A DNA stretch of 64,000 bases from Candidatus Bathyarchaeota archaeon (GCA_963806535.1 CAWDYC010000008.1:32001-96000); one strand, 5' to 3'; shown: positions 1 through 10,430, counted from the stretch's first letter. Program-made: numbers and translations. Notes: generated by a model from the sequence alone, not told the origin.

Positions 1-16
1 AGAAAAACACAGGATA

Positions 17-217
17 ATGAAAAAATCTTTTGATACAAAAATGCTTGTGGATGGAAAAGAGTTGCCTTTGAACAATTTTGTTCAAGAAACAATTGGCAAT
101 ATTATGGCTGGGTTTTCCAAATCGCTCAAAGGAATCGATGCTGAATCTGAATTGATTGAAGTAAAAATTACGCGGTTACATAAACCGATGGATGTTGACG
201 CGCATCTTTACCCTTAA
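17..217 (+). CDS. small hypothetical protein (resembles the C-terminal domain of MobB)
   Basis: 66-aa ORF with VDGKELPLNNFVQ..I..I..GF..SLKG pattern. Confidence 0.55.
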   Translation: MKKSFDTKMLVDGKELPLNNFVQETIGNIMAGFSKSLKGIDAESELIEVKITRLHKPMDVDAHLYP

Positions 218-1002
218 CTTACTACTTTTCTAAATTGATATAATGTTGCACTCATTGTTATTACGGCAACTAGCCCGATGACTCCCCATGCAGGCAGTAT
301 TGTTCCCCATTGATAACCGTTGACGATCAATGCTCGGGTGGCGTCAACGCAGTAGCTTACAGGGTTAAACATTGAAACAGTTTTTACCCACGAGGGCAGG
401 AAATTAAGCGGTAACAGCGCTGTACTTAGGAACAACAATGGGAAAGTGATTACTCCGCCAATCGCGAAAACCGTCTCAGAACTTCTGGTTTTCATGCCTA
501 ACGCTAAAGAGATTCCTGACCACGCAAGGCCAAAGAATGCAAGTGTGAAGAAAATAAGCAGAATTCCGACAACCCCCGTGGTTACACTAAATGGAGTGTT
601 TTCTCCTGCGCCTAAGACGTATGCTAACCCAAGAATTAGAGCTGTTTGGATAACCACTCTAAAGGCATCGCTGCTTAATCTGCCAAGCAGAATCGCAGGG
701 CGACTCAATGGTGTCACGAGCATTTTCTGCAAAAACCCCGAGTCAATGTCGGCCACTATCGAGTTTCCCGACTGCAGTGCGCTTCCGAACGCGTTTTGCA
801 TTACAATTCCAGCAGATGCAAACTCTAGATAACTTACTCCGTGTGGCAATATGCCCAAACCAGAAAGCCCCGAAAAAATCTGCGTGAACAGTACGAGGAA
901 TAGAATGGGTTGGAAGAGGGAAAAGAAGAGCAATATAGGGGTTCGAACGAGTTTTGTCATGTACCTTATGAATATGTAACGGGTATCAGAGAGCAAAGTC
1001 AT
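214..1002 (-). CDS. ABC-2 type exporter permease
   Basis: 262 aa, about 6 hydrophobic segments, GFLQKMLVTPLSR and NPVSY motifs; directly downstream of an ABC ATPase. Confidence 0.9.
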   Translation of the reverse strand: MTLLSDTRYIFIRYMTKLVRTPILLFFSLFQPILFLVLFTQIFSGLSGLGILPHGVSYLEFASAGIVMQNAFGSALQSGNSIVADIDSGFLQKMLVTPLSRPAILLGRLSSDAFRVVIQTALILGLAYVLGAGENTPFSVTTGVVGILLIFFTLAFFGLAWSGISLALGMKTRSSETVFAIGGVITFPLLFLSTALLPLNFLPSWVKTVSMFNPVSYCVDATRALIVNGYQWGTILPAWGVIGLVAVITMSATLYQFRKVVS

Positions 1003-1005
1003 TTT

Positions 1006-2014
1006 TTACCGCCTCCCTCCAAACATTCTACCAGGAGCCTTGACGAGTTCTTCAGCTCGAATTCTTTTGCCAGTGTGCTTCAAAAAGACATCATCAAGCG
1101 AAGGCGAAGAAAACGTTACTGACGTAAGCCGAATGTCGCTGCTGTCTAGCGCGCGTACTATATCAGCAATTAGCAGACCTGCGTTTTTGGCGAAAACAGT
1201 AAGGCATTCTTCAGAATCCACAATTTCACTGACACCAGTCATTGATTTGATGATTTCTTTTGCTTTAGCGCTGTCTTCTTTGCAGTTTTCAAGAACAACT
1301 CTGATGGAGTCTGCGCCAATTTCACGTTTTAGCTCGAGTGGTGAGCCGCTTGAAACTATTTTTCCTACATCAATAATTGAAAGTCTTTTACATAGCTTAT
1401 CGGCTTCTTCTAGGTACTGCGTAGTTAGAAAAATTGTTATTCCTTCTTCTTTGTTTAATTTTTCCAAATAACTCCAGATGGCTGAACGGGATTGCGGGTC
1501 CAAACCAGTAGTAGGCTCATCTAAGAAATAGGAGTTTGGGCTTGTGAACCAAAGCAGTGGCTAGGTCCAGACGTTTTTTCATGCCGCCAGAGTAGTTTCT
1601 AGCGCGTTTTTCGGCGGCTTCTTCGAGACCTACGAGAACCAAAAGTTCGTTAACTCTTTTTTTGATTTCATCTCCATTCATCTGGTGGAAATGACCTTGA
1701 AGCGTGATATTCTCTCTTCCAGTAAGGTCACCGTCCACGGTTGTTTCTTGGCTTTGAACCCCAATGATCTTACGGATAGTGGCCGATTGTTTATCAACAT
1801 CATATCCAGCTATCGAAACAGTGCCAGATGTTTTCCTTAGAAGTGTGGTTAGAATCTTGATCGTGGTGCTTTTTCCTGCTCCGTTAGGTCCAAGAAAACC
1901 AAAGAATTCTCCTTCAGCCACCCTAAAAGAGATGTCATCAACCGCTTTGGTACCGTCAGAATAAACTTCAACCAGATTCTTTACGGTAATAATGTCGTCC
2001 ATAAACCTAACCAC
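1006..2014 (-). CDS. ABC transporter ATP-binding protein (DrrA-like), split by a frameshift near 1510
   Basis: Walker A GPNGAGKST, signature YSGGMKKRL; LLFL(DEPTTGL)DP spans the two ORF halves. Confidence 0.9.
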
Positions 2015-2121
2015 AACTAGTTTTGCAATTGATAAAATAACTATATGTGATTGCTAGCTAGCTACAACAGCGAGAAAGCGTAAGAGCAAAATAGAATTTC
2101 ATGGAGACGTTTTAATTCTAT

Positions 2122-2391
2122 TTATTTAATAATTAGATTACCTGAATGCTTTGATTTAGGCTTGTAGATAATGATTTGAATTTCCTCTTCTATTACCGCC
2201 AAATCATGTTTTCTAGTAATTTCTTTAATTTGTTGCCTACATTCATTATTCAAAACCGTTTTTATTCTAACTTTGTATCCAGTTGAAATAGTATCTTTAA
2301 GATTTGGCTCAACCAAAATAAATGAATTTGAATCCATTTTACATCTTGCGAGTAGTTCCTTCAGGAAAGAACTTGCTTCTTGCTTGTTCAT
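2122..2391 (-). CDS. small hypothetical protein, paralog of 3141-3359
   Basis: 89 aa; M..EA...LKEL start and DLAV.E.....I(Y/F)KP end shared with 3141-3359. Confidence 0.7.
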   Translation of the reverse strand: MNKQEASSFLKELLARCKMDSNSFILVEPNLKDTISTGYKVRIKTVLNNECRQQIKEITRKHDLAVIEEEIQIIIYKPKSKHSGNLIIK

Positions 2392-2529
2392 TTTAGGGCT
2401 CTCTAATCATTAAAGACGCTGTTTATTTTTAAGATTTTGGATTTTCTTCTTATTATTTGTAAATATCCGATCAAAACTACATTTAGAAAAATCAAAAAGG
2501 TTAGAAGATTCTGGTAAATTGCTATTGAG

Positions 2530-2733
2530 CTATTTTTCGCTTCTGCACTTCTTTTCTTCGTTCATCAGTTCAGCCAAAGTGGAGGTAACGTAGGCTGAGA
2601 AGCTGTGAATGCCTTTTTTTATTGCATATTCTTCTTTGACTTTGAGCCATTCCTTGAAGAAGTAATCGTAAACTTCAGCTTTTACAGTTATACTTTTGTA
2701 GCCTTTCTTAGGCGTTTTTTGTTTCCCTCTCAA
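2530..2733 (-). CDS. ribbon-helix-helix/CopG-like DNA-binding protein
   Basis: 67 aa; KGYKSITV strand followed by two predicted helices. Confidence 0.6.
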   Translation of the reverse strand: MRGKQKTPKKGYKSITVKAEVYDYFFKEWLKVKEEYAIKKGIHSFSAYVTSTLAELMNEEKKCRSEK

Positions 2734-2852
2734 GTTAGTTAGCGTACGTATGTTTATTTAAAGTTTCATGATAAACCAGTTTTTCTTCGTCATGCTTCAC
2801 CGTTAATTATATATTTAATTGTACGGTAAAGTACTTGGGAGATTGGTAATTT

Positions 2853-2999
2853 TTGCCACGTAAAGGATACAAATGCATAACAGTAACAGACAAAGTTCAT
2901 GAAGACATCAAGAAAAGAGCCAACGAAACCAACCGCAACATAAGAGAATACGTAGAATACCTACTTACCAACGATAAGGTTGCCAAGAAAAGAGCCTAA
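2853..2999 (+). CDS. 48-aa RHH/CopG-like protein (below the ORF-track cutoff), paralog of 2530-2733
   Basis: Manual translation MPRKGYKCITVTDKVHEDIKKRANETNRNIREYVEYLLTNDKVAKKRA*; TTG start. Confidence 0.65.
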   Translation: MPRKGYKCITVTDKVHEDIKKRANETNRNIREYVEYLLTNDKVAKKRA

Positions 3000-3140
3000 G
3001 CATAGATCACATCTAACCATATTTGTTCATCGAGTTTTTGATTTGGGCTAAGTCTGCTAGCTTAATCCGCCGTTATGTCTTCGGGTTCAAATTGGAAAAA
3101 TCTTATAAGTCTTGTACGTTCATAAGCAATCGGTTGGCTC

Positions 3141-3359
3141 ATGCAAAGATACGAAGCAATTTCTCTACTAAAAGAATTAGACGCCGAACATTTAATTCAC
3201 CCATCGATGGTGCTCATTGAACAGAGAAAACCCGACAGATACGAACTCCAAATAAAAGGTTTTTATGATTTGGAATTAATCAAGGGATTTGCTAACCAAT
3301 ATGATTTAGCGGTTAAAGAAGATACAACAAAGGGATATTTGGTAGTTTTTAAACCTTAA
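3141..3359 (+). CDS. small hypothetical protein, paralog of 2122-2391
   Basis: 72 aa; similarity to 2122-2391. Confidence 0.7.
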   Translation: MQRYEAISLLKELDAEHLIHPSMVLIEQRKPDRYELQIKGFYDLELIKGFANQYDLAVKEDTTKGYLVVFKP

Positions 3360-3450
3360 AAGTCAAGAATCGGTTTTATGTAACCTGAAACTTGAAAAGT
3401 TACTAAGTAATTTCAAAAACCCGAATTATGCCTCATTTCATTTCTTTTGT

Positions 3451-3816
3451 TTAATTTTTTCCTTTTGCAGATCCATTTCCTTTAGCCATACAATCCATTA
3501 TTTGCGAGCATAACATACACTCTTCAGGCATTTGCTGTTTGTGTTCCTTTTCACTCATGAATCCAAAATAATGTTTGCAGTCGGGTATTGTCTCTTGGTT
3601 TTTGTTGGGTTTTTCTTCGTTGATATCAGTTTCGGTACTCGTTTCTTCTGGCACATTGCCGCTTTCGATTTCAGGGAGGGTTATTTCTGTTAAGCAATAT
3701 GGGCATGCGTAATAGGGTTCTTTTGAGCTCTGTTGACGGTTTAGTGTTTTTAGTGGATTAGTAATAACTCTCTTGCATGCGTTATTGGGGCAGGTTAGCG
3801 TTACATTGTTTCTCGT
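3451..3816 (-). CDS. Cys-rich Zn-binding protein (CPxxxC...CPYC...CxH...CxxCxxxxxC)
   Basis: Frame stays open upstream of the called GTG (3654) to an ACG at 3816 just after a GGTGA RBS. Confidence 0.65.
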   Translation of the reverse strand, partial: TRNNVTLTCPNNACKRVITNPLKTLNRQQSSKEPYYACPYCLTEITLPEIESGNVPEETSTETDINEEKPNKNQETIPDCKHYFGFMSEKEHKQQMPEECMLCSQIMDCMAKGNGSAKGKN

Positions 3817-4230
3817 TTTGGATCACCTTGCATAACTCTGCAATTATAAACTAAGAGTTAGCCTGCATTCAATATATTACGTCTTACTATATAATATTTG
3901 CGATGGGGGAACATAAAAAAAATCGAGACAGATATTTAGCCGTAGATTTGTACTTCAATAGACTTCGCCGAATTATAGAAGACCATTTATATACATATTT
4001 AGTATTCCGATTTAATATATTAAGACAAATTACTCAAGGAATTCAAAAATGCCGACACTTAAAAGCGATAACTTTGAATCGCAACAAGAAAAGGTGTCAA
4101 AATTGGACCATAAAATAGCCTGCCTAACTGAAGAAGTACAACTCATTGAAATGACACTCGATCTACTAAACTTAAAAAAACCACCTGATTAAGGGAAAAC
4201 CATAATGCCCCAATAAGAAGACTGTGTTGT

Positions 4231-4664
4231 TTGCTGCTCAGTCTATGCGTGATTATTGGTCCACTTGGAATTGTGCATGCAACAACGGAAAGCCTCAACG
4301 TTGAAGCGAGCAAAGAACTTGTTTGCAAAATAGATGTCTGGTCCCAAGATAAAGTTCATCTAGCATTTGTAACCACGGGTCAATCATCTAGCAACTTAAG
4401 TTTTTCAATGAAGCATCCAAACTCTACGGTCACTAATCTTGGTGAGCTAGACCAATACTCTACCAGATTTACATCTGACGTCCAGGGAATATGCGAGTTG
4501 CATTTTGACAACGCTAATTCTTCTGAAAGCTCATTCGTAGCCCTCACTACAATGTCGAACACTACTTTTTCGGAATGCCCGAAATGATAGTTGTTTTAAT
4601 GGCAATAGTAGTTCTATTGATGGTCTTGTGTCAGGTTACATCATAATGGGTAAGTACACTAATT
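4231..4664 (+). CDS. secreted/membrane-anchored beta-sandwich protein (GOLD/emp24-like), frameshifted near the C-terminus
   Basis: Signal peptide, F.SDVQG.CELHFDN motif, hydrophobic C-terminal tail in a shifted frame. Confidence 0.5.
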
Positions 4665-4886
4665 GAAGAAACGCCCTCAAATACGTGCCTGGTTTCTTGG
4701 TCGATCTACTGATGGAAACTTAAAAGCTTAGCAATTTTGCCAATGCGAAATAAATAAAAAGATCAGTATTCTGATAATCATCATATTTACAGATTCACAA
4801 TAGGCGTTAATATAGTCATTTGAGTGGTTACTTTGTTTTAAAGGCTACATAATTCGCCTCAAAAAAATGATCCTCAGTAAAGTTAT

Positions 4887-5243
4887 ATGAAAATGAATAC
4901 GGGACAACAAAAGTTTGACCAGTTATTTCTTGAAGCTATCGACGAAGTGTTATCCTCTTTAGGCGAACCGGTAAAGAATCACTTGTATACCCATTCGAAA
5001 AACGATTTTTTAATTTCAAAGGATGAACTCCCACAAAAAATAGAAGAATTTTCCAATTTTCTATTCAGAATTTTTGGCTCAGGCGCCCACCATCTTGAAA
5101 TAAAATTCATGCAAACGCTATATGCAAAGATTAGAGCTGACCAAAATGTTAAACATAAGCCAATTGTTTTCAAAGAAATTGACCTGACCTTCTTAAATTA
5201 TGTAAATAAAATGCGAGAGAGCTTTGAGATTTCAAGGCACTAA
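4887..5243 (+). CDS. small helical protein (DUF3227/NitrOD5-like), paralog of 9834-10430
   Basis: EAIDEVLSSLGEPVKN..Y....IEEFS..L.RIFGSGA..LEI. Confidence 0.65.
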   Translation: MKMNTGQQKFDQLFLEAIDEVLSSLGEPVKNHLYTHSKNDFLISKDELPQKIEEFSNFLFRIFGSGAHHLEIKFMQTLYAKIRADQNVKHKPIVFKEIDLTFLNYVNKMRESFEISRH

Positions 5244-5308
5244 AGAGCGCCAAACCTAAATTAGCTTAAAGTTACCAAGTTTGCATTTTTTTCGCATTTT
5301 TAGTTGAA

Positions 5309-7609
5309 TCAGAAATGGTAAAATTCCTTGAGTGTTCTTTGGCTTTGTTCTCTTATCGCATCATAAATTGAATTAGTTGTGTAACCTTCGAAGCTAAGCA
5401 GGTTTGCAGCTGACGAGTAAAGAAGCATAAGATATTTTGCTGTATCTGGCTCCACACCTTTCTCGATTAGTTGAGCTGCTTTAACTCTGCGTTCATGCCG
5501 CTTATCTTTGGAATGAGTAAAAAGGAACTGTACACTATTTCCTGCATGAACTTCTGTGCCTTCTTTGATTAGGTGCTCAGCGGCGATGACTTGGCTAACG
5601 TGTTGGCGGTATCGTTCTGGTTTTCTTGACATACGTTTGGCTATTATCAAGTCCTCAACCGGCACTTCACCATCTATGAGTTTTTGCCGATATCTTCGCA
5701 CCACATTCAAAGCCAAAGGAATTTGTTTGCGTAATTCAGCTGTGTTATTAGCCGTTGCCATCGTGTCAATCATTTCTGTCTGTGCTTCAAACACAAAGCG
5801 CGGCGTGTCTCTTCTGCGGATTTCTAAGCCTCTTATTTTGATTTTGCCATCTTCCATTACCCCATAGTAACGGTTTAGCACACCTACCCTTGAGTGCATT
5901 CTGGAGGGCAAGAAAACGATCCATTTGTAGCGACCCCCAAAGCTAATGGGTATGTCTGTTTGCTTAGTTATTGTTTTGCAGAGGTTTTCGTAGTCGTCTA
6001 AGCTAGCGTCTGGTTTTTTGAGCCAAAGTGAATCCACAATGCCATGAATTACTTCAAATCCCTGCTCTTCTGCGGTATGTGACGCATTTAGTAGTGCTTC
6101 TCTGCCAAAAGCACAAACTCCAATGTGGCCATCTACTGTGCCGAATTTGGCGTTTTTGTAGCCAAGGTAGCCAAAACAGGTAACTAAGATCCATTTAAGG
6201 GCAATCTGCCGATTATCGTAGACTTCTCTTAGGTGCGGGTCGGAGGCTCCTTTTTTCATTTTCTTGTAGTAAATACGTTTGTCTACTACGAATCTTAGAG
6301 TTTTAGGGACAATACCAGTGCGTTTGTTGCATATGTGATAGTTTAGTTCTGGAATGCGTATGTGCGAGTCTTGGCAACATTTGCAAAGAACCGTTTCGGC
6401 GGAGATGTTTTTGTCTGCCATTATGCTGGGGTACATGCTACTGAAGTCCACTTCGCCGACAAAATCGTGGGCACCTACTTTGGGTTCATATACCATTCCT
6501 CCGCGGTCGCCAACGAGGAGATTAAAGGCGGATTTGAAGGCTTCAGGGATGCTTTTGTTTCTTGGAATAAGTACATCGTCTTTTATGGCTTGGTAGAATT
6601 GGAGCGAGGACATACTTGAGCCTATAGAATTGCGTGCGGCAGTATGCAGAGGCACACGACAAATTCTGGCAATCTCTATCAACCCGTCGAGTCCTGCCTC
6701 AGATAAAATGAATGTGTTGCTTTGGTCGATGTGGATTCTTCCATAAAGACGGATGGGGTCAGCTCTGTAAAAGGTGCGTCCATATGAGAAGAATGTTTTA
6801 CCAGAAGGCGTTTTCGAGGAAAAAGGTGTATCATCTCTGCTTAAAGTAAACTTGTCAATAACATTGTTTATAGTTGCTCGCTCTGTTAGGTAGGGAAAAA
6901 GGTGTGAATCGCCGCCAGAAGTCACCAATATGTCTGGGTCAAGTTCTTTGACTACTTTCACTAGCTGAAGAAGTTTTTCCGCTTCATCATCCGAGTCAAT
7001 TTCTATTTCTTGCCGCTCTTGGCAAACCTGAATTATACCGATTGAGTCTTTAAAGTCAGCGATTCTTTTCTTTTTGGCAATCTCTACCTCTAATTTCAAA
7101 ACTCTCAATGGCGGAACAGTATAATCAGTGCTGACTACAGAATCAAGTAGTGTGTATTGGAGGCTTGGTTTTTCCACTTTGACTTCTACAAATGCAAGAG
7201 GAAAAATGTCGTGGCTAAAAAAGTAGGCTCGGTCGCCTTTCAAGTCGCAGTTAGAAACCTGATAACGCAAAAAATCGCCAAGTCTAAGAATATTATTCGT
7301 CAGAGCCATCGTTCTTCTGCAGTCTCTAAGCTCAAGCTCCAGCACTTTGCTTTTCTCAGAATCTGTAGGCTGAGCATACTTGTAGGTAAAACACCATTTT
7401 AGCACGTCTGGGTTGTTATAGAGTTTGCCAATTAAGGGATCAATGCATTCTTGCTTTGATGAAACGTAAATCTTAGGATGAAACCTGTCGGTAAAGCGGA
7501 TTCTTTGACCAGTCTCGCTAATAATCCAGACTGAGATCTCACCTTCGCTAGAAGGGTAGGCATCAAGTACCCAGCCTCTAATTTTGCAAGAACTACTAAT
7601 TGACAGCAC
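5309..7609 (-). CDS. polB2: family B DNA polymerase, archaeal PolB2 (Dpo2) group
   Basis: 766 aa; motif A DFSSMYPS, motif B KWILVTCFGY, variant motif C HGIVDS, degenerate exonuclease motifs, C-terminal PIP-like QRTLKEFY. Confidence 0.88.
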   Translation of the reverse strand: MLSISSSCKIRGWVLDAYPSSEGEISVWIISETGQRIRFTDRFHPKIYVSSKQECIDPLIGKLYNNPDVLKWCFTYKYAQPTDSEKSKVLELELRDCRRTMALTNNILRLGDFLRYQVSNCDLKGDRAYFFSHDIFPLAFVEVKVEKPSLQYTLLDSVVSTDYTVPPLRVLKLEVEIAKKKRIADFKDSIGIIQVCQERQEIEIDSDDEAEKLLQLVKVVKELDPDILVTSGGDSHLFPYLTERATINNVIDKFTLSRDDTPFSSKTPSGKTFFSYGRTFYRADPIRLYGRIHIDQSNTFILSEAGLDGLIEIARICRVPLHTAARNSIGSSMSSLQFYQAIKDDVLIPRNKSIPEAFKSAFNLLVGDRGGMVYEPKVGAHDFVGEVDFSSMYPSIMADKNISAETVLCKCCQDSHIRIPELNYHICNKRTGIVPKTLRFVVDKRIYYKKMKKGASDPHLREVYDNRQIALKWILVTCFGYLGYKNAKFGTVDGHIGVCAFGREALLNASHTAEEQGFEVIHGIVDSLWLKKPDASLDDYENLCKTITKQTDIPISFGGRYKWIVFLPSRMHSRVGVLNRYYGVMEDGKIKIRGLEIRRRDTPRFVFEAQTEMIDTMATANNTAELRKQIPLALNVVRRYRQKLIDGEVPVEDLIIAKRMSRKPERYRQHVSQVIAAEHLIKEGTEVHAGNSVQFLFTHSKDKRHERRVKAAQLIEKGVEPDTAKYLMLLYSSAANLLSFEGYTTNSIYDAIREQSQRTLKEFYHF

Positions 7610-7778
7610 TCAAATTCTCCCCAAAGCATTAACAATTAAACCCTGGCTTTCTCCTTGGTCGTTTGGTCGTAAACCAAAGGACTTGCGCTTATTCTCAAAA
7701 TTCTTTAAAAAAGAATCGCCCAAACGACTTAAGCGATAAGTGGAGAGGTCTGTGAAAATGAATGAACCTCGCCAAACT

Positions 7779-7803
7779 GGACACGTTTCTAAGAAATGTG
7801 TCC
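7779..7803. promoter_or_regulatory. 25-bp near-perfect palindrome upstream of polB2
   Basis: GGACACGTTTCT-A-AGAAATGTGTCC, 12-bp arms with 1 mismatch. Confidence 0.45.
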
Positions 7804-8190
7804 GTGCACCCCAATACCCAAATGTTTCATCTAACGGCTAAATAAACGTCGAAATCAGAACCAGAAATATGTCCTTTCAGTGCTTCCGAGGTCTTGGATT
7901 GATGTCATGAAAAAACTCAGAACAGCTGTGCCGGCAAAGAGCAAGTCATTAAGCTTTATCTTGACTTTTGTCTTTCTACTCTTTCAAGTTTTTTCTTCTT
8001 GCGGGCATCTTCCCGCTCTTTCTTTTTTCGAGGCTGAGGTTTTCCCCGATCTTGTTCTCCTGTTTCTCCTCTTTTACTCATCGCAAAGCCTGCCTTCAGA
8101 TAAAATGAACTACTCATTCTCCTTTGTAAATCTGTTCCTTGTCTTCTACAAACAATTCAATAGAGTTTTAGAGAAAGAAAACAAAGAAGA

Positions 8191-9166
8191 CTAAAAACAC
8201 TCTTTTTGATTGGGTGTTTCAATCTTCAGCTGCTTCTTTAGCGCCTTGTATCTGTTTCTAACTGTAACTTCTGTGACTCCAGCTGCTTCCGCGATGTCTT
8301 TTTGCGTTATCTTTTCGTTATTCTGAAGACAAGCTATGTATAGTGCAGCTGCAGCCATGCCCATCGGATCTTTTCCTGCTGAAAATCGTTTTAGTCTAGC
8401 CTCTCTTAGTATTGCTATGGCAGTGCCTTGTGTTTTGCCTGACACTCCGTTCTTTTCCGCAATTTTTGAAACGTAAGTTAACGGGTCAGAAATTGGCATG
8501 TGAAAATCGAGTTCTTGAAGCAGCAGTCGATAGCATCGGGCAACATCTTTCTTATCTACAAGACTAGCTTCAGAGATTTCGCGAAGGGTTCTGGGTGATC
8601 CGCTTTTGCGGCAAGAAGCATAAATTGCGGCTGCTGCGACTGAGTTAATTGATCTTCCCCGGACTAAGCTTTGTCTAATGCCCTGCGATAAATTACTGCG
8701 GCTTTTTCTTTTATGGGTGGTGAGATAGAGACTTTGCTTGATAAACGTTCAAGTTCAGCCATTGCTTGGGCAAGGTTTCGATCGATGGATGAATGCACTC
8801 GACTGCGTATTTGCCATTTTCTAAGACGCCACATCTGCAACCTAGTGGAAATGGGCAGTTTTCTTCCAAATGCGTCTCTGTCAACTTGGCTAATGGTTGT
8901 GGATAATCCTTTATCATGAATTGAATATGATGTAGGCATACCAACGCGGCTTCTTGAGGTTTTCTCTTCCTGGGTAAAAGCACGCCATTCAGGCCCTTTA
9001 TCTAACATCTGCTCATACAAAACAAGACCACAGTCACCACATATGGTTTCACCTGAGTCATAATCGTGAACGAGATTTTTGCTTTAGCATTCTGGGCAAT
9101 TATCAGTTAAATGTATGAAGCTTCTTTGGGGCTTCTTTGGTTATACTTACTTGGTGTTATACTCAT
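8191..9166 (-). pseudogene. tfb: transcription initiation factor IIB (TFB), interrupted by an in-frame TAA and a 1-bp deletion
   Basis: Zn ribbon CPEC*...CGDCGLV, GPEWRAF, SRVGMP, GKDPMGMAAAALY, VTEVTVRNRYK. Confidence 0.85.
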
Positions 9167-9352
9167 TTTTCCAACTCAATTTACTTGCCCAGAATCGTCA
9201 CTAAATCATAAAATCCCCACGTTCGGCACTTAGAAAAGTGATAATGCGATCTGCGCATACTAAATATGTGAAGGTGTACCTATTATACATGACTTGCATT
9301 TTAAACAATTATGATGGGCGACATTGCTTGCTTCCATCTCAAGTTTTGATAT

Positions 9353-9832
9353 TTACCTATCAGCGTACATTTTTTGCCGCGCTGGACTTTGCATGTTTGG
9401 GTGCATGGCTCTTGTTTCAATGAACTCAGCTACCTTTTGTTCGCAGAAATTCTTTTCTTCTTTCTGTAATCTCAACTGCTCTTTCACCAAGTTGAGTAAT
9501 TTCTCAACGTCAACAGGCTTAATCAAATACGCGTCGGCTTTCTTGTTTAATGATGATATTGCATTCTGCATTGACGGGTAACCTGTAATCATTATTTTTC
9601 TCGTCTTAGGCACATTGCTTTTCATCAGTTTCAATAAGTCTACACCTTCCATGTCAGGTAATCGAATATCCAAAAACGCAACGTTGTAAGACGTTTTTTG
9701 AGTCATTTCGATGGCTTCATTACCGGTCGTTGCCAAATCAACAATGTACCCTTCATTTTCAAGAATGAATTGCATAGTTCTCCTAATCGGCTCGTCATCA
9801 TCAACGACTAAGACTCTAACATACTTGTCCAA
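9353..9832 (-). CDS. response regulator receiver-domain protein
   Basis: LVVDDD, LDIRLPDMEG, ITGY, YLIKP. Confidence 0.9.
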   Translation of the reverse strand: MDKYVRVLVVDDDEPIRRTMQFILENEGYIVDLATTGNEAIEMTQKTSYNVAFLDIRLPDMEGVDLLKLMKSNVPKTRKIMITGYPSMQNAISSLNKKADAYLIKPVDVEKLLNLVKEQLRLQKEEKNFCEQKVAEFIETRAMHPNMQSPARQKMYADR

Positions 9833-9833
9833 T

Positions 9834-10430
9834 TTATTCGCCTCTATTTCTTTCTACGCTACAATAATTTTTACGTGCGCTGTAGACATATTCAGTAAAA
9901 GATATGTCATTTATTATCCATTTAGATAAAGGCCATCTGTACTCGGTAAATTCAACATTGACTTTTATTTTCGAGCAAAGATTTTGAATAAACATGATCT
10001 CGAGACGGCTAGCTCCAAAACCAAAAATTTTGTGCACAATATCGCTAAATTTGTCGATTTGCTGAGGAATTTCATTTTTGGGAATGTTAAAGTTATTTTC
10101 TAACTGAAAGTACACCGTGTTTTTGACTGGTGCACCTAACGTTGTTAATGCTTCATCAATTGCTTCGATTAGGCATTTATCAAATTTTCCTTGCGCTAAA
10201 ATTTCGCTCGGTAATGATTCATTTTTGCTGCCAACCTTTGTTTCTTCTGTTTTCTCTGATTCAAAAACATCTGTTCCAATAATGATGCGTTTGCTATATG
10301 AGGTTGAAGTTATTTTTAATGAATCTTTGATATTCTTTTTGTTCAGAAACTTTTCCTCCTGAATTCTTTTTTCTCTATTTGTCTTTTTGTTGAACAGTTT
10401 TGCTGTTCTGCTTGTATACAATATGTCCAC
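9834..10430 (-). CDS. DUF3227/NitrOD5-like protein, paralog of 4887-5243
   Basis: EAIDEALTTLGAPVKNTVYFQLE...KIFGFGASRLEI; adjacent to the receiver gene. Confidence 0.65.
   Translation of the reverse strand: MDILYTSRTAKLFNKKTNREKRIQEEKFLNKKNIKDSLKITSTSYSKRIIIGTDVFESEKTEETKVGSKNESLPSEILAQGKFDKCLIEAIDEALTTLGAPVKNTVYFQLENNFNIPKNEIPQQIDKFSDIVHKIFGFGASRLEIMFIQNLCSKIKVNVEFTEYRWPLSKWIINDISFTEYVYSARKNYCSVERNRGE

Noticed and set aside
7880-8194. 104-aa plus-strand ORF between polB2 and tfb
   Set aside because: Phe/Ser/Leu-rich translation of a pyrimidine-rich strand with no motif; not recognisable as a PolB2 partner.
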